Positions 16,831 through 23,416 of a DNA stretch of 44,450 nucleotides are shown in pieces. The first letter of the stretch is position 1; every line of letters begins with the position of its first letter. The position numbers and the translations under genes are program-made. The notes beneath the pieces are model-generated. The model was not told the origin of the DNA. It worked only from the letters and a program-made list of their open reading frames with translations, and made no database searches. Source of the DNA: Verrucomicrobiota bacterium (GTDB lineage: Bacteria; Verrucomicrobiota; Verrucomicrobiia; Palsa-1439); the NCBI GenBank assembly GCA_041306525.1, contig JBFZFE010000063.1, positions 1 through 44,450 of the forward strand, read 5' to 3'.

Positions 16831-18539
16831 TGAAGTCTTTCGGAGAACGCATCGCCGACACCTTGATTGCTGATGGGGTCCTCACCCAGAAGCAGCTGAC
16901 CGAAGTTCTGGAACTCCAGAAAAAGCAGGGCGGCCAATTATTGAAGCTCCTGCTGGAGCGTCGCTTTGTGACTGACCAGGACATGATGGTCAGCATGGGC
17001 CGTTGCTTGGGGACTCCCCCGGTATCGCTCGCCAAGATGCGTGTGCCAGCCGAGGTCGTGGAACTGATCCCCAAGGACATGGCACAGAACTACAAAATGG
17101 TGCCAGTCGCCCGCTTCGGCAAGAAACTGTTCGTCGCGATGGCCGATCCGTTGAACGTGATCGCACTGGATGATGTGCGCCGCGTCCGCCCGAACATGCA
17201 GATCGTGCCGTTGATCACCACCGAAAAGGCAATTGGCGATTTCCTGAACAACGCCAACGCGCAAATGGGCGGCGGCATCGATGAAATCCTCAAGGATGTG
17301 GATGTCTCGGATGTCGAGCTGGCCAAGGACAAGCAGGAAGAGATCAACCTCGATCAGCTCATCGAAAGCAGCGAGGAAGGCCCCGTCATCAAGCTGGTCA
17401 ACCTGATTCTGGTGCAGGCGATCAAGGACCGGGCCAGTGACATCCACATGGAGTCATTTGAGAAGCAGTTGCGGCTCCGCTATCGCATTGACGGTGTTCT
17501 GTACGATTCCACCGCCCCGCCCAAGTCTTTGCAGTCGGCCATCACCTCCCGCATCAAGATCATGGCCAACCTTGATATCGCGGAGCGGCGCCTCCCGCAG
17601 GACGGTCGTTTCCGCATCAAACTGGCGGGTCGCGATGTGGACTTGCGCGTCTCACTGCTGCCAACAGTGCACGGCGAAAAAATCGTCATGCGCGTGCTCG
17701 ACAAGGGCACCCTGAATCCCAATCTCGAAGCACTCGGTCTTGACCCGGATGACCTCAACAAGTTCCGGCAGGCCATCGACGCGCCCCACGGGATGATGCT
17801 GATGACCGGGCCAACCGGCTCCGGCAAAACATCCACCTTGTACGCAGTCCTCACGCAGTTGAACCAGCCCGACGTCAATATCATCACCGTCGAAGACCCC
17901 GTCGAGTACCAGATGATGGGAGTGAACCAAGTCCAAGTGAAGCCAGAAATCGGGCTGACCTTCGCCAGCGGACTGCGCTCCATTCTCCGTCAGGATCCCG
18001 ACATCGTCATGGTTGGCGAAATTCGCGATTCTGAGACTGCTGATATCGGGGTGAAAGCCGCCCTGACGGGGCACTTGGTCCTTTCCACGCTCCACACCAA
18101 TGATGCCCCCGGCGCCATTGCACGTCTGGTGGACATGGGAATCGAGCCGTTTCTGGTCAGTTCCTCAGTACTGATGATTTGCGCCCAGCGTTTGCTCCGC
18201 AAAGTCTGCCCTCACTGCAAAGAAGTGGAACAAGTTCCGACCGACCTGCTCCGTCGTTTGGGAGTGACCCCAAAAGAAGCTTCCGAATCCACTTTCTACC
18301 ATGGTCGCGGTTGTTCCCGGTGCAAGGAAACCGGGTTTATGGGACGCATGGCAATTCTGGAGGTATTGCTTATCAGCGATGCGATGCGCGAGCTCATTCT
18401 CAGCAATACCAGCGCCAAAGTACTTCGCGAACTGGCCTTGAAAGAAGGCATGAAGACGCTTAGCATGGCGGGCATCGCCAAGGCCAAGGCTGGCTTGACT
18501 GCGTTGGAAGAAGTGCTCCGAGTTACCGGTAATGCGTGA
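16830..18539 (+). CDS. pilB: Type IV pilus assembly (extension) ATPase, PilB/GspE family
   Basis: An N-terminal GspE_N domain is followed by Walker A GPTGSGKTSTLY, Walker B/Asp box ILRQDPDIVMVGEIRD and His box LTGHLVLSTLHTNDA. A tetracysteine motif is present (CPHCKE...CSRCKETGFMGR). I prefer ATG 16830; the track start 16827 is a TTG. Confidence 0.9.
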   Translation: MKSFGERIADTLIADGVLTQKQLTEVLELQKKQGGQLLKLLLERRFVTDQDMMVSMGRCLGTPPVSLAKMRVPAEVVELIPKDMAQNYKMVPVARFGKKLFVAMADPLNVIALDDVRRVRPNMQIVPLITTEKAIGDFLNNANAQMGGGIDEILKDVDVSDVELAKDKQEEINLDQLIESSEEGPVIKLVNLILVQAIKDRASDIHMESFEKQLRLRYRIDGVLYDSTAPPKSLQSAITSRIKIMANLDIAERRLPQDGRFRIKLAGRDVDLRVSLLPTVHGEKIVMRVLDKGTLNPNLEALGLDPDDLNKFRQAIDAPHGMMLMTGPTGSGKTSTLYAVLTQLNQPDVNIITVEDPVEYQMMGVNQVQVKPEIGLTFASGLRSILRQDPDIVMVGEIRDSETADIGVKAALTGHLVLSTLHTNDAPGAIARLVDMGIEPFLVSSSVLMICAQRLLRKVCPHCKEVEQVPTDLLRRLGVTPKEASESTFYHGRGCSRCKETGFMGRMAILEVLLISDAMRELILSNTSAKVLRELALKEGMKTLSMAGIAKAKAGLTALEEVLRVTGNA

Positions 18540-18602
18540 TCGAATATGCAAAATTGAGAGTTTTGGCTCGCAGCGGAGCACATTAATGCCTAAACAGACG
18601 GT

Positions 18603-18618
18603 TGGCATAGGTACTGCT
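18603..18618 (+). promoter_or_regulatory. Candidate sigma-54 (-24/-12) promoter upstream of the 738-aa gene, mglA and mglB
   Basis: TGGCAT-aggta-CTGCT has GG (18604-18605) and GC (18616-18617) in the canonical register. It sits in a lower-GC 114-nt intergenic region, 36 nt upstream of ATG 18654, with GGAGAG at 18646-18651. The half-sites are identical to the element at 15883-15898. Confidence 0.5.
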
Positions 18619-18653
18619 AATAAACCGAACCGTAGTTCAAGAGACGGAGAGAA

Positions 18654-20870
18654 ATGAAATTTCCTTTCTTCAAAGGGCAGAAGCCAGAGCAAAAGCCGAC
18701 GACAACTGTGTTCGTGCCACCCCGAGCCGTCACGAACAAACCAACGCCCCCCGCCCCCGTCGTCCCGCTCCCCCCCATGCCGGTGGGCGGTGGTGATTCT
18801 GTCCCGCTGCGACTCAGCTCGATTTTGTCGCAACTTCCCCGCGATTTGTTTCAAAACGAGCATCGCGCACAACTCGCCAACTTGACCCTTTCTGTTCCCT
18901 CCCGACTGGTGCTCCCCCAGCTTTCGTCCGGCAAGGTTTCCATCGCCCTGGCCGATCTGGCGCCTGCGTTTCCCGCCAATGTGTTGAACCGCTCCGTTCT
19001 CGCCACCGCAGGGCAACACCCTGTTCTGTTGCCATTGCAGGAGATGATCGCCTCCCTGCCTCCCGAAGCATTCAAGGTCAAACACGAGGCGGAGATTTCG
19101 ATGGACGAACCTGAGCTGGCGACATTGCCGGCTTTGTTTGATGAGGAAGCCACTCGCCGAGCAGAAGCCGTTGCCCGCAAGGCGGTCGCAATACCAACCC
19201 CCATCGAGGAGCCCGCTGCCATCCGTGCTGCGGCTGCCCCCCCCTCACCGGCGGCACCGGCGCGGGCAATGACAGCACCGGCGCCCGTCCGTACCCCGGA
19301 GCCAGTTACGGCGGCAACTCCAGCAGTGGAAGCACAGAAGATCAACATCCCAAGTGGTATTGAGATCCCCACGACAGTCCAAGTCTCGTTGCGCAGTTTG
19401 GTCAACAACATGCCTGAGAAGCTGTTTGTCTGTCCGAAGGCAGACCTCTGGCAGCAGACCGACTTGGATGTAACCGTGCCGTTGCCTCTGGAGCCGATTC
19501 TGTCTCAGATCCAGAGCGCCCGCGTTACCGTGCCAATCAAGAACATTCTCCCCCTCATCCCCGCTGCCATCCTGGTGCAACCGACACCCTTGCTGGACAC
19601 AGAAGTGATGGTGGTGCCGCTCTACGAAGTAATCCCGCAATTGCCTCCTGAGCTGTTCACCGCCCAACTGAGCGCGACGCGTCCGCAGGATCAACAAGCG
19701 ATTGATGCGGACAGTCCCGCGCCGTTCCAGGAGCGCGCCAAACCTGCCCCGCTGCCGGCCAAGCCGGTCGAACCCGAAAAGCCGGCTGTGGTGTCCGAAG
19801 TAACGGAGAAGCAACTGGAAGAGGAAATGCCAATCTTCTCTGAAAAACACCCTTCCCGGCTGCTTTCAGAGACGACACGCATCCAATTGCCCGCAGACTT
19901 GGCAGCCCGCGCCAAGGCGGCCTCTCCGTCCCCGGTCGCTCCGGCCCCTGGCATGGCAGCAGTTCCCGTGGCGCCCCCCGAACGCTTGATGCCTCCCGCC
20001 CCGGTGGAACCACCAAAGCCGGTCGAACCTGTCGCCCCCGTCGCGCCCGTCGTCGCCGAGCCAATCAAACCGGTCGAACCGCCAGCGCCGGCAGTCGAGT
20101 TGCCGGCAGCACCAGTCCCGACTGCAGTCCCGGAGCCGATCAGGCCAGTCGCCCAAGAACCCGAAACCCAGCCCCTGACAGAGGCACCGGCGATCGAAGA
20201 GGACGAGGCTGTTTCCGCCGAGATCGCCGAGGAGGAGGCCCTCGCCGCGGGCGCAGGTTCGCTCGACGAGCGCAAGTTCCTCATCAACATCAATCGCTGT
20301 ACCGTCGAAGACCTGCTGCGCATCGAGGGAGTTGGCCGCAAGCTGGCGCAACGCATCATCGAGTTCCGCACCAATCACGGGCACATCTCGTCGATTGAGG
20401 AATTGCGTCTGGTGCCCGGTGTCGGACGCAAGACTTACCGGGCGTTGGCGGGAGTGGAATCACGTTCGCTGAACCGATTGCTTGGTGTTCCCGACGATCG
20501 CGAACTGACATTGCAGGAAGTGATCAAGCTGACCGGTTCATTGAAGGGCATTGAAGGTTGCATGTTGGCGATGTCCGACGGCCTGTTCCTGACCGGCCAA
20601 CTGCCGGCCGGGTTTGACCAGGAAGCCATCAGCGTGTTTGCGCCCCAGTTGTTCAAGAAGATGGGCCGTTACGTCAAGGAATTGGGCGTCGGTCAGGTGC
20701 GCCGCTTCACGTTGTTCACGGATGAACGTCCCATCAGTATTTTCCGCGCGGCCGACGTTTATCTGATCATCATCCACGATACGCGTCACTTCAGCAAACG
20801 CCTGCTCCGCCAGTGCGAGCGGATCAGCCAGGAAATCGCGCGGCTCTGCCGTCAACGCACCGTTGTGTAA
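18654..20870 (+). CDS. Multidomain cytoplasmic protein: duplicated unknown module, Pro-rich linker, ComEA-like helix-hairpin-helix, C-terminal Roadblock/LC7 (MglB-like) domain
   Basis: 738 aa, no TM segment or signal peptide. Residues 541-600 (FLININRCTVEDLLRIEGVGRKLAQRIIEFRTNHGHISSIEELRLVPGVGRKTYRAL) match the ComEA-type double HhH pattern. Residues ~618-733 (IKLTGSLKGIEGCMLAMSDGLFLTGQLPAGFDQEAISVFAPQL...RRFTLFTDERPISIFRAADVYLIIIHD) fit the Roadblock/LC7 pattern. The stop lies 11 nt before mglA. Confidence 0.8.
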   Translation: MKFPFFKGQKPEQKPTTTVFVPPRAVTNKPTPPAPVVPLPPMPVGGGDSVPLRLSSILSQLPRDLFQNEHRAQLANLTLSVPSRLVLPQLSSGKVSIALADLAPAFPANVLNRSVLATAGQHPVLLPLQEMIASLPPEAFKVKHEAEISMDEPELATLPALFDEEATRRAEAVARKAVAIPTPIEEPAAIRAAAAPPSPAAPARAMTAPAPVRTPEPVTAATPAVEAQKINIPSGIEIPTTVQVSLRSLVNNMPEKLFVCPKADLWQQTDLDVTVPLPLEPILSQIQSARVTVPIKNILPLIPAAILVQPTPLLDTEVMVVPLYEVIPQLPPELFTAQLSATRPQDQQAIDADSPAPFQERAKPAPLPAKPVEPEKPAVVSEVTEKQLEEEMPIFSEKHPSRLLSETTRIQLPADLAARAKAASPSPVAPAPGMAAVPVAPPERLMPPAPVEPPKPVEPVAPVAPVVAEPIKPVEPPAPAVELPAAPVPTAVPEPIRPVAQEPETQPLTEAPAIEEDEAVSAEIAEEEALAAGAGSLDERKFLININRCTVEDLLRIEGVGRKLAQRIIEFRTNHGHISSIEELRLVPGVGRKTYRALAGVESRSLNRLLGVPDDRELTLQEVIKLTGSLKGIEGCMLAMSDGLFLTGQLPAGFDQEAISVFAPQLFKKMGRYVKELGVGQVRRFTLFTDERPISIFRAADVYLIIIHDTRHFSKRLLRQCERISQEIARLCRQRTVV
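18801..19658 (+). repeat. Internal duplication of a ~90-aa protein module within the 738-aa gene (copy 1 at 18801-19073, copy 2 at 19377-19658)
   Basis: Aligned by eye. LRLSSILSQLPRDLF pairs with VSLRSLVNNMPEKLF. LSVPSRLVLPQLSSGKVSIALADLAPAFPANVL pairs with VTVPLPLEPILSQIQSARVTVPIKNILPLIPAAIL. VLLPLQEMIASLPPEAF pairs with VVVPLYEVIPQLPPELF. The copies are divergent at nucleotide level. Confidence 0.7.
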
Positions 20871-20881
20871 GGAGTTGGACC

Positions 20882-21595
20882 ATGTCGATCATCAATTACG
20901 CGAACAAAGAAGTGCAGTTCAAAATCGTCTATTACGGTCCCGCCCTTTGCGGCAAGACGACCAATCTGGCCTACATTCACAGCCAAGTTGACGACACCAA
21001 CAAAGGTGAACTCGTCTCCCTGGCAACGGCCGCGGATCGCACGCTGTTTTTCGATTTCCTGCCGTTGAACGCGGTGGTCATCAAGGGATTCAAGACCAAG
21101 TTCCAGCTTTACACAGTCCCCGGACAGGTCATCTACAACGCCACTCGCCAACTCGTTTTGCGCAGCGTTGATGGCGTCGTGTTTGTCGCCGATTCGCAAT
21201 GGGACAAAATGGAGGAAAACGTCGAGAGCTTCAAAAACCTGCAGGAAAACCTTTCCCGCCAAGGGGCGACTCTCGACAACATCCCGTACATCATTCAGTA
21301 CAACAAACGGGACATGCCGAATCCCGCGCCCATCCATTACATGGAGTTTCTGCTCAACAATCGCAAGACGCGCGTCCCGAGTTTCCAAGCGGTTGCCACC
21401 AGCGGCGAAGGCGTGTTCGGCACGCTCAACGCCATCTCACGTCTGCTGCTGCAGAAATTCGCCCGCGAAATGGAAGCTGCCGCCAATCGGCAAAAGATGG
21501 GGCCTTCCCCCGCCTCCTCATCTTTCTCGGGCATCGCCTCTGGCGTGGGGCGAACTCCACCGGCAGGCCAACCCCCGACCCGCCCACGCTTTTAA
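20882..21595 (+). CDS. mglA: Ras-like small GTPase MglA (mutual gliding-motility protein A family)
   Basis: Starting at ATG 20882, with AAGGAG 8 nt upstream, gives MSIINYANKEVQFKIVYYGPALCGKTTNL. Also present are ADRTLFFDFLP, LYTVPGQV, FVADSQ and QYNKRD. This is near-collinear with Myxococcus MglA as I recall it. The 5' extension of the track ORF (20813) overlaps the upstream gene and was rejected. Confidence 0.93.
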   Translation: MSIINYANKEVQFKIVYYGPALCGKTTNLAYIHSQVDDTNKGELVSLATAADRTLFFDFLPLNAVVIKGFKTKFQLYTVPGQVIYNATRQLVLRSVDGVVFVADSQWDKMEENVESFKNLQENLSRQGATLDNIPYIIQYNKRDMPNPAPIHYMEFLLNNRKTRVPSFQAVATSGEGVFGTLNAISRLLLQKFAREMEAAANRQKMGPSPASSSFSGIASGVGRTPPAGQPPTRPRF

Positions 21596-21613
21596 TCTCA
21601 GATCGAAAGCGCC

Positions 21614-22090
21614 ATGAACGCGACACCAATTGTCACCATCGAAGCGGCCGAACGGTTGCTTAACACGCTGGAAACATTCCTTGATGAGTCGGAAGCCAAC
21701 TTCAGCATCGTGATTGACCGGGGCGGCTCCGTGCTCAGCCAAGCAGGACGGGTCCCCGACACGATCGACCCCACCATTGTGGGCGCCCTCGCGGCGGGCA
21801 GTTTCGCCGCCACCAAGGAACTGGCCACCCGCGTTGGCGAGGAGGAATTCACCGCCTTGCACCAGCAAGGGCAACGCGCTCAAATCCTGATGTCAGCCGT
21901 GGACAGCGATGTTGTTCTCGTCACCGTGTTTGATGAACACACGACGCTTGGCCTGGTCAAATTCTACTCCACCCGCACGGTCAAACGCCTTGCCACGGTT
22001 CTCTCTGATCTGCGGGGCGAACAGGCACCGACCGAACCCGTCTTCACCATGGCGGATGTGGACAATGCCTCGAACATGTTCGGGAAATAA
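21614..22090 (+). CDS. mglB: Roadblock/LC7-domain GTPase-activating protein MglB
   Basis: 158 aa, the canonical MglB size, 18 nt downstream of mglA. Roadblock pattern (FSIVIDRGGSVLSQAGRVPDTIDPTIVGALAAGSFAATKELA...AQILMSAVDSDVVLVTVFDEHTTLGLV). Confidence 0.85.
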   Translation: MNATPIVTIEAAERLLNTLETFLDESEANFSIVIDRGGSVLSQAGRVPDTIDPTIVGALAAGSFAATKELATRVGEEEFTALHQQGQRAQILMSAVDSDVVLVTVFDEHTTLGLVKFYSTRTVKRLATVLSDLRGEQAPTEPVFTMADVDNASNMFGK

Positions 22091-22693
22091 CTAGCTGGCC
22101 TTCACCCATCTGCCGCGGAACACCGTTTTCCCCGCCGCCAAGAACTCCCGCTCGAAATCGGTCTGCGCTTCGACTGGCAGGCTGATCGGTGCTTCACGGC
22201 GAAACTCGCCAATACCAGCCAGGACACGTTCCATTTGTCGGAAATAATCTTCGTGGTCGGTTGCCGTATTCAGGCAACCACCGGCCACAAGTGTTCTCAA
22301 CAACTCGCTGGCAAACGCGGGATTCAGCAAACGCTTCTGAAAATGCCGGCGCTTGGGCCATGGATCCGGAAAATAAAGGTGGTACACCGAGATCGAACAC
22401 GACGGGACCAGCCGGCTGACCAAATAGCTCGCCTCCAGACGGATGAACCTGACGTTCCGCAAACCGCGGCGCTGTGCTTTGCGGTCGACTTTGCGCAAAC
22501 GGAGCAGCAATCGCTCGACCCCGAGGAAGTTGTGGTCGGGTCGGGATTGGGCCGCCCACAGCAGGAACGCGCCCTTCCCACAACCGATGTCCACTTCGAT
22601 GGGCTGCTGGGATGCAAAAACAGTGGACCAGTCGATTGGATCGAGCCAACTCGGGGGCGTATGAATGTTGCTCGTGCTGGCAATCGTTCTCAT
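22091..22693 (-). CDS. trmB: tRNA (guanine-N7)-methyltransferase
   Basis: 200 aa. SAM motif VDIGCGKGAFL and the TrmB signature YHLYFPDPWPKRRHFKRL-like sequence (FPDPWPKRRHFQKRLL). Confidence 0.9.
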   Translation of the reverse strand: MRTIASTSNIHTPPSWLDPIDWSTVFASQQPIEVDIGCGKGAFLLWAAQSRPDHNFLGVERLLLRLRKVDRKAQRRGLRNVRFIRLEASYLVSRLVPSCSISVYHLYFPDPWPKRRHFQKRLLNPAFASELLRTLVAGGCLNTATDHEDYFRQMERVLAGIGEFRREAPISLPVEAQTDFEREFLAAGKTVFRGRWVKAS

Positions 22694-22705
22694 GAAAAAA
22701 AGAGA

Positions 22706-22781
22706 TGGTGGCTAGGGTCAGAATCGAACTGACGACACCGGCATTTTCAGTGCCGTGCTCTACCAACTGAGCTACCTAGCC
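22706..22781 (-). tRNA. tRNA-Phe (anticodon GAA)
   Basis: The reverse complement folds as acceptor GGCTAGG/CCTAGCC and D arm GCTC-AGTTGGTA-GAGC. Anticodon arm is CGGCA-CTGAAAA-TGCCG, variable loop GTGTC, T arm GTCAG-TTCGATT-CTGAC, discriminator A, CCA encoded. Total 76 nt. Its 3' end is 12 nt upstream of the trmB ATG. Confidence 0.92.
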
Positions 22782-22855
22782 ACCGTTTGTGAAACGCGCG
22801 CGACTGTATCTTGCTCGCCGGACTCTGTCAAGAATCGCGCCTGTGAAACGGGGAA

Positions 22856-23356
22856 TTACTTGCTCGGAACTGCCCCGAGAAGACCTGCGACCTGCTGCTG
22901 AACATCTTGGAGTTGATCCAGTCGCAACTGAGGATCGGGAACGGTGATCGTCTCACCGGTCTGGGCATGTTCGTAGACCAGCAGCTCCCTGTCATCGTCG
23001 CCTTTCAAGGTGTCGCGATGACGCAGAACCTTCTTGCGCTCAAGCATGACAGCCAAAATGTAGCGGGAGGCACCTTGCGACGGATCATTCGACTCACAGA
23101 GCTTTCGCAACAACGATTCCGCGGTGTCTTTTTGGATCGCCTCCACTGGCGGTGGCGGCGGCGCCTTGTACTCCCCCTGCCAATAGGAGGCGATGCCGTC
23201 GCGCGAGATGACTGCAAAGCAATTCGGGCAGAGATCGCGCCGATGATAACCATCAGCATTGAAACTGAGCAGCGTATGATAGGACTGCTTGTCCACAAAA
23301 GCCTGCTGGCATTGGGTGCAGGCTTGCGAGCGAGTTTGGATGTCCCATTCAGTCAT
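22856..23356 (-). CDS. Hypothetical zinc-ribbon protein
   Basis: 166 aa. A CxxC...CxxC arrangement (CTQCQQ ... CPNCF) in the N-terminal 50 aa, then a PPPPP linker and a conserved-looking C-terminal domain. No family name recognised. Confidence 0.6.
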   Translation of the reverse strand: MTEWDIQTRSQACTQCQQAFVDKQSYHTLLSFNADGYHRRDLCPNCFAVISRDGIASYWQGEYKAPPPPPVEAIQKDTAESLLRKLCESNDPSQGASRYILAVMLERKKVLRHRDTLKGDDDRELLVYEHAQTGETITVPDPQLRLDQLQDVQQQVAGLLGAVPSK

Positions 23357-23416
23357 TTTAGTTGCGAAACTGGGCGCAACTCATATCATGCCAAACGTTG
23401 GTTGTCACGCATCGCG

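Noticed and set aside
19911-20183. Repeated ccggtcgaacc / gcgcccgtcg strings that look like short DNA repeats (a CRISPR-like or minisatellite impression).
   Set aside because: They are in frame within the 738-aa gene and encode KPVEP / APVAP proline-rich repeats. The spacing is irregular and there are no conserved direct repeats with unique spacers. They are coding low-complexity sequence, not a CRISPR array.
15789-22781. Two tRNA genes (Gln and Phe) flank the PilB/Mgl region, which could mark an integrated genomic island.
   Set aside because: I found no integrase, recombinase, transposase or direct repeat of a tRNA 3' end, and no obvious compositional shift in the coding regions. The genes between the tRNAs use the same SD-type translation signals as their neighbours. 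A k-mer or GC-skew calculation would test this properly.
22907-23416. 5' 170 codons of track ORF 22907..24673, which would make a 588-aa TPR protein.
   Set aside because: This part is antisense to the zinc-ribbon gene 22856..23356. The in-frame ATG at 23417 yields a textbook lipoprotein signal peptide with lipobox LIGC.
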